Of a stretch of 64,000 bases of DNA, positions 41,201-49,971 are shown one piece after another. The notes beneath the pieces were generated by a model. That model worked only from the letters and a program-made list of their open reading frames with translations, was not told where the DNA came from and made no database searches. Every line of letters begins with the position of its first letter. Positions within the stretch are counted from its first letter, which is position 1. The position numbers were made by a program, and so were the translations under genes. The stretch comes from Myxococcota bacterium (GTDB taxonomy: Bacteria; Myxococcota_A; SURF-8), in the NCBI GenBank assembly GCA_963674735.2, contig CAXXQS010000002.1:1408001-1472000 (forward strand). Direction: 5' to 3'.

Positions 41201-43936
41201 CCCGCTTCCGGGATCGCAGACTTCGATTCCGTTGCAGGCCAGCGAGTCGTCACAGACCGTATCGTCGGGTGTGTTTTGGCAATCGCTTTGTGCATCGCAG
41301 ACATCGATGGTGCAACTGAATCCATCATCGCAGATTCCATCGTCGGGTGTGTTCTGGCAGTCGTTTTGCGCGTCGCAGGTGTCGAGGGTGCAGTCGACGC
41401 TGTCATCACAGGCTGTGTCATCGGGTGTATTCTGGCAGTCATTTTGCGCGTCGCAGACATCGACGGTGCAGGCGATGCTGTCATCGCAGGCCGTGTCATC
41501 GGGTGTATTCTGGCAGTCGTTTTGCGCGTCGCAGGTGTCAACGGTGCAGTCGACGCTGTCGTCGCAGGCGGTATTGTCGGGTGTGTTCTGACAGTCGTTT
41601 ACCGCATCGCAGACGTCGACGGTGCAGGCGACGCTGTCGTCGCAGGCGGCATTGTCGGGTGTGTTCTGGCAGTCGTTTTGCGCGTCGCAGGTGTCAACGG
41701 TGCAGTCGACGCTGTCGTCGCAGGCGGTATTGTCGGGTGTGTTCTGACAGTCGTTTACCGCATCGCAGACGTCGACGGTGCAGGCGACGCTGTCGTCGCA
41801 GGCGGCATTGTCGGGTGTGTTCTGGCAGTCGTTTTGCGCGTCGCAGACGTCGACGGTGCAGGCGACGCTGTCGTCGCAGGCGGCATCGACCGGAGTGGCG
41901 TAGCAGCCGTCGATGGGATGGCAATCGTCTTCCGTACAACCCACCTCATCGTTGCAAACGAGGGATACCCCGGCCACGCATCCATTCTCGTCGGACGAAG
42001 GATCGTCCGAATTACAGGTTTCCGATCCGTTGCAGACATTCTCGTCATCACACCGTTGGTCGCTGGGCGTATTCTGACAGCCTTCGAAGGTGTCGCAGGT
42101 GTCGACGGTACAGGCGATGTCGTCGTCGCAGTCAAGTTCCGTTCCGGCCACACAACCCCATTCGTTCGGATCCTGTCCATCGGGGTCACAGCTTTCCACT
42201 CCGTTGCATTGATTGCCGTCGCTGCACAGGTAGTTGAGTGGCGTGTGATTGCAAAGATGGGTGACGGGGTTGCATTGATCCTGCGTGCAGTATACGGAGT
42301 CGTCACAGTCGGCATTGGTGCTGCAGCCGGTGACGCACTGGCCGTCCAAGCAGGTTTCCACAACACCCGGAGTCAGATCGCAAGACGTGCCGTCCGGGCG
42401 AGAGGCGAATTGGCAGTCGTTTTCGGTGTCACAGGTGCCGCTCGTGCATGGATTCGAATCGCTGCAATTCGCATCGTTGGGGGTGGCGTCACAAGTTCCG
42501 GCCGGATCGACACAGCTATCATCGGTGCAGTCTACCCCGTCGTCGCACACGATCGGCGTTCCCGGAGCGCAGCCGTCGGTGACATTGGTTCGTGAGCCCG
42601 GGGCACAGGTTTCGAGTCCGTTGCAGGCCTGACCGTCGTCGCAGACGCTGTCGTCGGGGATATTGGAACAGGTGTCGTTTTCTTCATCGCAACTGTCGAT
42701 GGTGCAGGTGTAGGGGTCTTCACAGGGATCGGTTCCGGGGAGACAGTCGAGTGTTTCGTGGCAGGTTTCCACACCGTTGCAAAAAGCGGAGTCGTCGCAG
42801 AGCGTATCGTCCGGCGTGTGCTCGCATTCATCCAGGCCTACATTGCAGGTATCGACGGTGCAGGACACGCCATCGTTGCAGTCTACCGCTGTGGTGATGC
42901 AGCCGTCCGGGTCGGCACCGACCGTTTCAGGCGAACAGATCTCGGTTCCATCGCAGAGAATGTCGTTGTCGCAAACACTGTCGTTCGGGACGTATTCGCA
43001 GAGGAATGTCTCTTCGTTGCAGACACCGGTCGTGCAGGCAAAGCCGTCTTCGCAATCATCGGAGGTGATGCAGGCGTCCTGACAGATGCCATCGATGCAG
43101 TAGCCGTCCTGGCTGTTATCGAGCAGGCATACCTGGCCGGTCGGCAAGGTTTGGGTCGTGCATCCGTTCTCATTCGCGCCGGGTGCGGCGGGAGTGCAGG
43201 CATCGGGATTCGTGCAGGAATTTCCGTCATCGCACAGGCTGTCGTTCGGCTGGTTGTCGCAGCGCTTGTTTTCTTCATCACAGCTATCGTCGGTGCAGGG
43301 GATGGTGTCTGCGCAATCCGGTGCCGTTCCGTCGATGCAGCCGAGGTCGTCGTGTGCCGAATCGCTCGGATTGCAGCTTTCGGCACCGTTGCAGAACAGA
43401 AGATCGTTGCATAGGCTGTCGTTGGGCAAATGTTCGCAATCATCCGATTCCAGGGTGTCGCAGTAATCGAAAGTACAATCGAAGCCATCGTCGCAAGTCG
43501 GTTCCTCTCCGTCTATGCAGCCCCGAGAATCGGCTCCCGCATCGTCGGGCCGGCATAACTCGGCACCATCGCAGAAGGTGCTGTTGTCGCACGCCGCGTC
43601 GGAGGGGGCGTGTTCGCAGATACCCAGACCGGTATTGCAGGTGTCCTGTGTGCAGGCGAAGGAATCGAGACATTGGGAGTCGAACAGACATGCTTCCACG
43701 CATTGTCCGCCGTCGCACACTTCATCCAAACCGGGATCGACGTCGCAGGTCGTTCCGTCGTCGACGTCCGTTTCATTGCAGGCTCCGGCATTGCACGTGT
43801 TGAGGGTGCATGGGTTGAAGTCGTTACAATCTTCGTCGATCGAGCATTCCGCCGCGTACGAGTTTGGAATGGCTAAAAAAATCATCAATGCCGTCAGCAA
43901 AACGGTCCGGTGTATCGTTGATAGACCTCGTCTCAT
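38285..43936 (-). CDS. Large Cys/Asp-rich repeat surface protein with MYXO-CTERM-like sorting signal (1883 aa)
   Basis: Signal peptide; dozens of CDDxxxCTxDxC and CNGxExC modules; acidic DGD stalk; C-terminal GCDC-hydrophobic-RRKA; AGGAGG RBS. Confidence 0.9.
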   Translation of the reverse strand: MRRGLSTIHRTVLLTALMIFLAIPNSYAAECSIDEDCNDFNPCTLNTCNAGACNETDVDDGTTCDVDPGLDEVCDGGQCVEACLFDSQCLDSFACTQDTCNTGLGICEHAPSDAACDNSTFCDGAELCRPDDAGADSRGCIDGEEPTCDDGFDCTFDYCDTLESDDCEHLPNDSLCNDLLFCNGAESCNPSDSAHDDLGCIDGTAPDCADTIPCTDDSCDEENKRCDNQPNDSLCDDGNSCTNPDACTPAAPGANENGCTTQTLPTGQVCLLDNSQDGYCIDGICQDACITSDDCEDGFACTTGVCNEETFLCEYVPNDSVCDNDILCDGTEICSPETVGADPDGCITTAVDCNDGVSCTVDTCNVGLDECEHTPDDTLCDDSAFCNGVETCHETLDCLPGTDPCEDPYTCTIDSCDEENDTCSNIPDDSVCDDGQACNGLETCAPGSRTNVTDGCAPGTPIVCDDGVDCTDDSCVDPAGTCDATPNDANCSDSNPCTSGTCDTENDCQFASRPDGTSCDLTPGVVETCLDGQCVTGCSTNADCDDSVYCTQDQCNPVTHLCNHTPLNYLCSDGNQCNGVESCDPDGQDPNEWGCVAGTELDCDDDIACTVDTCDTFEGCQNTPSDQRCDDENVCNGSETCNSDDPSSDENGCVAGVSLVCNDEVGCTEDDCHPIDGCYATPVDAACDDSVACTVDVCDAQNDCQNTPDNAACDDSVACTVDVCDAVNDCQNTPDNTACDDSVDCTVDTCDAQNDCQNTPDNAACDDSVACTVDVCDAVNDCQNTPDNTACDDSVDCTVDTCDAQNDCQNTPDDTACDDSIACTVDVCDAQNDCQNTPDDTACDDSVDCTLDTCDAQNDCQNTPDDGICDDGFSCTIDVCDAQSDCQNTPDDTVCDDSLACNGIEVCDPGSGKIVADGCVSGTPVDCADGVGCTLDTCTENNGEALCVNEPDDSACRDEFWCNGIETCDVLNDCQPGQDVDCSDGVDCTDDTCNDSTDSCDNTPSDENCPDPGPCRTLIGCDAQAGCLTEDRPDRTVCDIEPGIDEICDTGECVPRCSDNEDCEGEKVCDDGLCVTPCDGAEDCNDDIACTVDACTDGQCSHTPSNPLCGDAVFCNGDEICQPSNLSADSNGCIPGPLRSCNDDLDCTQDSCDTTEDICVHDPVHSRCANDRYCDGVEVCDPEDNEADEQGCAPGVPVVCDDLIACTTDRCDSELDQCVFDPSDLACDDGLYCSGVETCDPTNPSAGADGCLQGDVVVCSDGIACTHDVCDEGSKDCRFDPVDLNCADSSFCNGDEICDPEDIDADAQGCLPGVSPCTDDFACTVNTCDEPNDQCIVTPDDSLCADTLYCNGVELCRPAELSADGAGCIVGTPPDCSDSYTCTQDDCDEEGDTCTHTPSDAACADTLFCNGIETCNPSDVNADNNGCVPGDDPCEDEASCTLDECIEISDECVNTPMSDRCSDGQYCNGAERCAPDDSNADAAGCIGGSDPCDDEIPCTTDNCNETDDQCSHQPDHAFCDDNSFCNGEERCSLTDGCYRLDPPICDDELDCTEDSCDDNAGDCVFTPDDEACDNGDPCSTSTCDVSTGCVDEFEADDTVCDVDPQLVESCQNGICVPDCIQNEDCDDEAACTTDTCDAQGHCQYELDDAACNDGVAFCDPIYTCEPFLGCVAGDPPDCRDDFACTIDSCDTTEQACMHTPDDDACNDFNACTTDTCSATEGCVTTPVPDDTPCSTGYVCRNGECVPPDVDGDIDGDEEADLPDGDQDDDDDLLTDGDNEAEQDADDEPDGDIDDDLIDQSDDDRTDDDTAEEDGADGDTDDDTLEAADGDRSLIDGDLDFDLADSELDLDLEGCDCNHSGTLATEAWLFTMMMGLLWGWRRKA
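41255..41878 (-). repeat. Intragenic tandem repeat, 8 x 78 bp (26-aa unit CDDSVACTVDVCDAQNDCQNTPDNAA)
   Basis: Eight in-frame units; the central units are near-identical at DNA level with a 156-bp higher-order period. Confidence 0.9.
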
Positions 43937-44176
43937 AGATTCCTCCTAGCACAGCTGGAAACGACGGCCCACGTTCCGCAAGCGTGTGATTTTTCTTACA
44001 GAATAGTTGAATTAAACAAGGGTCGCAAGGAAAAAGGCCGATTGGTCAACGACAGCTTGGCATGGTTTTGTTCTTTCTTTTCCGAAAGATACGGTCTTAT
44101 CGCCGGTTGTGGTTGATTTCCTTTTGAGCAAAGTGCATCCAACGCGTTTCTTTGCCACTTTAGCCGGTGAAATCAC

Positions 44177-44205
44177 TTGCCTTTTTACCCGTTTTTCGGT
44201 AAAAA
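44177..44205 (+). promoter_or_regulatory. Possible sigma70 promoter for ileS
   Basis: TTGCCT-N17-TAAAAA, overlapped by inverted repeats. Confidence 0.35.
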
Positions 44206-44266
44206 ACAACGTTCATTCTTGTTTTTTACGATTGGGTTATTTTGGCATCGGTGAAAGGCAAAGCAC

Positions 44267-47200
44267 ATGTACCGGAAGGTAAAACCCTGGGTGGATTTGA
44301 TCGAACTGGAGCATCGTATTCTCGATTTCTGGAAAGAAACGGATGCTTTCGGAAAACTGCGCCGTCAGAACGCCGATAAGCCGCCCTGGTCCTTCCTCGA
44401 CGGTCCCATCACCGCCAATAATCCCATGGGCGTTCACCACGCCTGGGGGCGCACGCTGAAAGATTGCTTCCAGCGTTATTGGGCCATGAATGGCCGGGAT
44501 CTGCGCTATCAGAACGGCTTCGATTGTCAGGGCTTGTGGGTGGAAGTCGAAGTCGAAAAGGAGATGGGCTTCACCTCCAAACGCGACATCGAAGAGTTTG
44601 GTGTCGATCGCTTTGTGGAGATGTGCAAAGAGCGTGTGCGGAAATTTTCCGGCATCCAGACCGAGCAATCGATCCGGCTCGGCTACTGGATGGATTGGGA
44701 CGATTCCTATTACACAATGAGCGATGAGAACAACTACACCATCTGGTCGTTCCTGAAAAAATGCCACGAGCGTGGCAAGATCTATCGTGGAAACGACGTC
44801 ATGCCCTGGTCCGGTCGCTCCGGGACGGGCTATTCGCAGATGGAAGTGGTCGAAGGCCGCAAGCTGGTCGCGCACGAAGCTCTGTTCCTGCGCTTCCCGT
44901 TGCGGGGACGCGAGAAGGAAAATCTGTTGGTTTGGACCACCACTCCGTGGACCCTCACCAGCAACATCGCCGCCATGGTCAATGGCGAACTGGAATATGT
45001 GAAGTTGCGGTCGAAAGCGGACGGCGAATTGTACTACTTTGCCGCCGAGAATCTGCATTTCAAGCGTTTGCAGAAAGAATACGACGAAAAACGGGACTGG
45101 CTTCCCGGTGTTCCGAAATTGAAGACGCTGGCCGAAGTGTTTGATGAATCGGGCGGTTATGAGATCGAGGGTTATGTCAAGGGTGCGGACATGGTCGGCT
45201 GGGAGTACGAGGGGCCCTTCGATGAATTGGAAGCGCAGTCCATCGTCGGCGGTTATCCCTTCACCGACCCGCAGGTCAAACAATCGGGCATCGAAGCCCA
45301 TCGTGTCATCGATGGAGGCCGGGATTCCCACGGTAGCCCCATTGTCGTGGCTGGAGAGGGAACCGGCATCGTGCACACGGCTCCCGGCTGTGGCGACATC
45401 GATCATATTGTCGGCAAAGAACTGGGCTTGCCTCATCTCGCACCGCTGAATGATGAAGCGAAATTCCTGGATAAATTCGGCGACTTGACCGGCCGTCACG
45501 CGCTCGACGAAGAAACCGTGCAGTGGGTCATCGAGAGCCTGAAATCGAAAAAATACCTGGTTCACACCGAGATGTACCCGCATGTTTATCCCCACTGCTG
45601 GCGCAGCGGCGATCCGCTCGTCTTCCGGTTGGTGGACGAATGGTATATCAACATGGACTGGCGCGACGAAATCAAGGAAATCGTCAAGCAGATTCGTTGG
45701 ATACCCGAGTGGGGCGAGGAGCGCGAGTTGGAATGGCTAACCAATATGCGCGACTGGATGATCTCCAAAAAGCGTTACTGGGGCTTGGCTTTGCCGATCT
45801 GGCTCTGCGAAAAATGCGACCGATTCGACGTGGTGGGCAGTCGCGAAGAGCTCAAGGAGCGTGCAACGGAAGGCTGGGAGGCTTTCGAGGGGCACAGTCC
45901 GCATAAACCCTGGATCGACGGGATCAAGCTGGCCTGTCCCCATTGCGGCGGCACTATGAACCGCGTCCCCGATGTCGGCAACCCGTGGTTGGACGCAGGC
46001 ATCGTGCCTTATTCCACCGTTCGCTACAACACAGACCGGGAATACTGGAAAAAGTGGATTCCCTCCGAGCTGGTGCTCGAATGCTTCCCGGGGCAGTTCC
46101 GCAATTGGTTCTACAGTCTGTTGGCCATGAGTACCATGATGGAAAACACCCGGCCTTTCAAGACCTTGGTCGGACATGCCCTGGTGCGCGACGAAACCGG
46201 CCGCGAGATGCACAAAAGCTGGGGGAATGCCATCTGGTTCGATGAAGCGGTGGAGAAAATGGGCGCGGATATCATGCGCTGGATCTACTGCCGTCACGAA
46301 AACACCACCAACCTGAGCTTCGGCTACGGGATCGGCAAGGAAGTCCGCGGAAAATTTTTCAATACCTTCTGGAATACCTACTCGTTCTTCGTCAATTACG
46401 CGCGTTTGGATGAATTTACGCCTCCTGCCGAGCCGACGCCGATCGAGCAGCGGCCCGATTTCGATCGTTGGATCTTGAGCAACCTGCAAATCCTGATCCG
46501 TGATGTGCGCAGTTCCATCGAGAATTTCAATACGCGCAACACCTGCCACCTGATCGAAACCTTCGTCGATGAACTGTCGAACTGGTATATCCGTCACAGT
46601 CGGCGACGTTTCTGGAAGGGCAAGGATGATGCGGATTCCCGCATGGCTTACGAAACGCTTTATGAGTGCCTGTATGCGCTGATTCGCCTCGTGGCGCCCA
46701 TGATGCCTTTCGCCACCGAGGAAATGTACCAGAATCTGGTGCTCAGCCACGACGCCGACGCCCCCGAGAGCGTGCACCATACCGATTATCCGCTGGTGAA
46801 AGAGGAGTGGATCGACGAGGAACTCTCGGAGCACATGGCCGCCATTCAGCGTATCATCAGCCTGGCCCTCGCCACCCGTGAAAAGGCGCGTCTCAAGGTG
46901 CGTCAGCCGCTGCAAACTCTGATCATCGGTCCGGCCGACGACAACGAGTTTGCCGCCTCCGAACGTTTCGTCGAAATGTTGAAAGAGGATCTCAACGTAA
47001 AAGGGCTCGACATTCGCCCGGTAAAAGCCGAGTGTCCCGCTACCTTCGTTGTGAAACCCAACTTCAAGACACTCGGCAAACGTCTGGGTCCCAAAATGAA
47101 AATTGCGGCGGCCGCCATTGCGGAACAATCGGCCAAGTTGGCGGCCGGGTTAAAAGACGGTCAATCGATCCTGACCATCAACCTGGACGGCGATGTCATT

Positions 47201-47566
47201 CCTTTCGAAAAGGAAGATCTGATTGTGGAGATGCAGGCCCCGGAAGGCTTGGCGGTGGCGGTGGATCTCGATACCTGGACGGCCATCGATACGGTGATTA
47301 CGGAACCGTTGCGGCTGGAAGGCTTGATGCGTGAGTTGCTGCGTCGTCTGCAGGTGCTGCGCAAGGATGTCGGCTTGGAAATCGAGGACCGTATCGTAAT
47401 TACGTATGCGACGGAATCCGAAGACATTCAAAGCATCGTCGCCGATTATCAGGACTACCTGAAAGAAGAACTGTTGGCTTTGGAACTGAAAGCCGGGGAG
47501 CCGACGGACGGCAAGACTTACAAGCTTGGCGACCATTCCGTTACGGTTTCGCTTGCCAAAGCCTGA
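44267..47566 (+). CDS. ileS: Isoleucine--tRNA ligase, type 2 (IleRS2) with non-canonical GVHH and EMHKS signatures
   Basis: DGP.TAN, GFDCQGL, WTTTPWTL, GTGIVHTAPG, YPHCWR, DWMISKKRYWG, SNWYIR. Long type-2 C-terminus (KVRQPL..RK..GL..EDRI) without the type-1 zinc finger. Confidence 0.95.
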   Translation: MYRKVKPWVDLIELEHRILDFWKETDAFGKLRRQNADKPPWSFLDGPITANNPMGVHHAWGRTLKDCFQRYWAMNGRDLRYQNGFDCQGLWVEVEVEKEMGFTSKRDIEEFGVDRFVEMCKERVRKFSGIQTEQSIRLGYWMDWDDSYYTMSDENNYTIWSFLKKCHERGKIYRGNDVMPWSGRSGTGYSQMEVVEGRKLVAHEALFLRFPLRGREKENLLVWTTTPWTLTSNIAAMVNGELEYVKLRSKADGELYYFAAENLHFKRLQKEYDEKRDWLPGVPKLKTLAEVFDESGGYEIEGYVKGADMVGWEYEGPFDELEAQSIVGGYPFTDPQVKQSGIEAHRVIDGGRDSHGSPIVVAGEGTGIVHTAPGCGDIDHIVGKELGLPHLAPLNDEAKFLDKFGDLTGRHALDEETVQWVIESLKSKKYLVHTEMYPHVYPHCWRSGDPLVFRLVDEWYINMDWRDEIKEIVKQIRWIPEWGEERELEWLTNMRDWMISKKRYWGLALPIWLCEKCDRFDVVGSREELKERATEGWEAFEGHSPHKPWIDGIKLACPHCGGTMNRVPDVGNPWLDAGIVPYSTVRYNTDREYWKKWIPSELVLECFPGQFRNWFYSLLAMSTMMENTRPFKTLVGHALVRDETGREMHKSWGNAIWFDEAVEKMGADIMRWIYCRHENTTNLSFGYGIGKEVRGKFFNTFWNTYSFFVNYARLDEFTPPAEPTPIEQRPDFDRWILSNLQILIRDVRSSIENFNTRNTCHLIETFVDELSNWYIRHSRRRFWKGKDDADSRMAYETLYECLYALIRLVAPMMPFATEEMYQNLVLSHDADAPESVHHTDYPLVKEEWIDEELSEHMAAIQRIISLALATREKARLKVRQPLQTLIIGPADDNEFAASERFVEMLKEDLNVKGLDIRPVKAECPATFVVKPNFKTLGKRLGPKMKIAAAAIAEQSAKLAAGLKDGQSILTINLDGDVIPFEKEDLIVEMQAPEGLAVAVDLDTWTAIDTVITEPLRLEGLMRELLRRLQVLRKDVGLEIEDRIVITYATESEDIQSIVADYQDYLKEELLALELKAGEPTDGKTYKLGDHSVTVSLAKA

Positions 47567-47586
47567 TTCGTTATAACGACAAATGA

Positions 47587-47614
47587 AAACGGGACGCCGC
47601 GCGGCGTCCCGTTT
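47587..47614. terminator. Bidirectional terminator between convergent ileS and thiC
   Basis: Perfect 28-bp palindrome AAACGGGACGCCGCGCGGCGTCCCGTTT. Confidence 0.8.
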
Positions 47615-47632
47615 GCGTTTAGGATCGATGGA

Positions 47633-48952
47633 TTACATATCTTTCGTCAGTTTTTCCAAACGGCGTGTGATGTTCATGGCGCAGAATTTCGGGCCGCACA
47701 TGGAACAGAACTGTGAGGTTCCATGCTCCTGGAAATTCAGGCTTTCTTCACGCAAATCACGGGCGCGCTCGGGGTCCATCGCCAATTCGAATTGTTTGGC
47801 CCAATCGAACTTGTAGCGGGCCGCCGACAGTTTGTCGTCCCAGTCGCGCGCGCCGGGGCGTTGGCGGGCCACATCGGCGGCATGGGCGGCGATGCGATAA
47901 GCCATGATTCCCTGGCGGACATCTTCGGGGCCGGGGAGCCCGAGGTGCTCCTTGGGAGTGACGTAGCAGAGGAAACTGGCGCCGTACCAGGCGGCCATGG
48001 CCGCGCCGATGGAACTGGTGATGTGGTCATAGCCGGGCGCGACGTCGGTTACGATGGGTCCCAGAACGTAGAAGGGCGCGTTCTGGCAGATTTCCTGCTG
48101 CATGCGGATATTCTGTTCGATCTGGTGCATGGGCACGTGTCCGGGGCCCTCGACGATTACCTGCACGCCGGCGTCCCAGCAACGTTGAACCAGGCCGCCC
48201 AATACGTTCAATTCCGCGATCTGGGCCTCGTCCGTGGCATCGGCCAGACAACCCGGGCGCAAGCCGTCGCCCAGCGAGAGGGTGACGTCGTAACGACCGG
48301 CGATCTCAAGGATTTGGTCGAAGTGGGTGTAACAGAAATTCTCTTTTTTATGGAAGGCCATCCATTCCGCCAACAGGGAACCGCCGCGGCTGACGATGCC
48401 GGTGAGGCGTTTTTTCGTAAGCGCAATATGTTTCAAGAGCAGGCCGCAGTGGATGGTCATGAAGTCGACACCGTGACTGGCTTGATCTTCGATGACTTCG
48501 AGGAACATTTCCGGAGTCAGATCCGTGACTTTCTCGACGATTTCCATGGCCTGGTAAAGGGGGACCGTGCCAACCGGGATCGGGCTCTGGTCGATGATGG
48601 CGGCGCGGATTTTGTTGATATCGGCACCGGTCGATAGATCCATGACGGTGTCGGCACCGTAGCGAACGGTGATGTCCAGTTTCTCAAGTTCACAGGTTTC
48701 GTCCGAACACAACGACGAATTGCCGATGTTGGCGTTGATCTTGACTGTACAAGCGCTGCCGATTCCGATGGGTTTCAGGCTTTTATGATTGATGTTGGCT
48801 GGAATCGTCAACCGTCCGATCGCAATTTCTTCCATTACCATTTGCGGACTCAGGTTTTCTTTCTCGGCCACCTGGCGCATTTCTTCGGAGATAATTCCCT
48901 GGCGGGCCAGCGTCAGCAATGTGACATTTTTACCTGTATAAGTTCTCGGCAT
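47633..48952 (-). CDS. thiC: Phosphomethylpyrimidine synthase
   Basis: [66 protein letters not shown]. Start at ATG 48952. Confidence 0.92.
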   Translation of the reverse strand: MPRTYTGKNVTLLTLARQGIISEEMRQVAEKENLSPQMVMEEIAIGRLTIPANINHKSLKPIGIGSACTVKINANIGNSSLCSDETCELEKLDITVRYGADTVMDLSTGADINKIRAAIIDQSPIPVGTVPLYQAMEIVEKVTDLTPEMFLEVIEDQASHGVDFMTIHCGLLLKHIALTKKRLTGIVSRGGSLLAEWMAFHKKENFCYTHFDQILEIAGRYDVTLSLGDGLRPGCLADATDEAQIAELNVLGGLVQRCWDAGVQVIVEGPGHVPMHQIEQNIRMQQEICQNAPFYVLGPIVTDVAPGYDHITSSIGAAMAAWYGASFLCYVTPKEHLGLPGPEDVRQGIMAYRIAAHAADVARQRPGARDWDDKLSAARYKFDWAKQFELAMDPERARDLREESLNFQEHGTSQFCSMCGPKFCAMNITRRLEKLTKDM

Positions 48953-49040
48953 CTTTCCACCTTTCAATATACGGTCGTCGCACGAGCATCGATTATGATT
49001 GACGGTCCCATTTATCACCGGTCGACCGTTTCGGCGTCCA

Positions 49041-49069
49041 TTAATACCGCCCCCCTTCTGGCTTGTAAA
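49041..49069 (-). promoter_or_regulatory. Putative sigma70 promoter for thiC
   Basis: TTTACA-N17-TATTAA on the minus strand. Confidence 0.45.
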
Positions 49070-49290
49070 GGGGTTTTCATTTTCGTCAGGATAAAAAACA
49101 ACATGGCGGAAACTCTAGGATTCTTCGTTTTTCATCAGGAATAGAATTCTGATCGGAAAAGGCTGGATTGTTTCGTTTGCCAATCCCTCGATTTTGGGGG
49201 CCGATGTTTACAAACAAGATTAGCTCAGGGGAGATTGTCGATATTATGCGTTATTTGTTGCAAAGGAGGAAAACGCGCTATACTACGCGG

Positions 49291-49962
49291 ATGAAAACAC
49301 GAAAATATGACATGAGTTTCCCGGTTTACGTCGCGCCACGAGTTCTCGTGCTGGTTTCGTTCTGCATCTTGATCTTGGGAACTCAAACGAATGCAAAGGC
49401 GGCCTTGACTCATGATTTTTCGAGAGGGGAGTTGAATCTGCTCCCTTCCGAGGTTGCACCGGTTGGGTTGCGGTTGTTCATCGCGACGGGAATGGTGATG
49501 TCCAGCGCCGGGTTGACTGATTCCGAGTTCGAACTACCCTCCAGGATCGGTTGGCAGGTCGGTCCTACCCTCGATATCGGGGAGAGCGATTGGGGTTTTC
49601 GTCTTCGGCTTCTATTCAGTATGCAGAACGCCGACCGCTTTGACTGGATGTTCGGACCCGAATTTGCCGCAGGCTTTCGGCGTCATTGGCGAATGGGATG
49701 GGTGCTCGTGTCGACCGGCTTGGATGCGGGGACGACGCTCTTGTTGGGTGAGAAGGTCAACTGGGGATTCGAGAGCTTCGCAAAATGGCCGATTAACGTT
49801 GCCTACTTTGCGGAAGGGCCCTTTGCCTTTTTCATGGAGTGGGCCGTTCGGGCCGGATATGCGCGAATCGAATCGGACAAACCGGGAGTCGTCACCACTG
49901 ATCTCGTTGCGGACGGGGCCGTCATCGGCGGAGAGATGATGGTCGGCTTCGCCTTTCCCTGA
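49291..49962 (+). CDS. Hypothetical exported protein, probable small outer-membrane beta-barrel
   Basis: Signal peptide ending AKA, alternating hydrophobic strands, C-terminal VGFAFP. Start uncertain. Confidence 0.6.
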   Translation: MKTRKYDMSFPVYVAPRVLVLVSFCILILGTQTNAKAALTHDFSRGELNLLPSEVAPVGLRLFIATGMVMSSAGLTDSEFELPSRIGWQVGPTLDIGESDWGFRLRLLFSMQNADRFDWMFGPEFAAGFRRHWRMGWVLVSTGLDAGTTLLLGEKVNWGFESFAKWPINVAYFAEGPFAFFMEWAVRAGYARIESDKPGVVTTDLVADGAVIGGEMMVGFAFP

Positions 49963-49971
49963 TCTGTCGTA

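Noticed and set aside
41255-41878. CRISPR array
   Set aside because: Contiguous in-frame 78-bp coding repeats with no unique spacers and no cas genes.
37955-43949. Many long plus-strand and alternate-frame ORFs over the Cys-rich gene
   Set aside because: By-products of repetitive GAC/TGC codons, with no independent coding signal.
44057-44072. Sigma54 promoter TTGGCATGGTTTTGTT upstream of ileS
   Set aside because: It fails the GG-N10-GC spacing rule.
44237-47128. Antisense ORFs over ileS (452 and 463 aa), and 59850-61511 over the kinase
   Set aside because: Shadow frames of well-supported genes.
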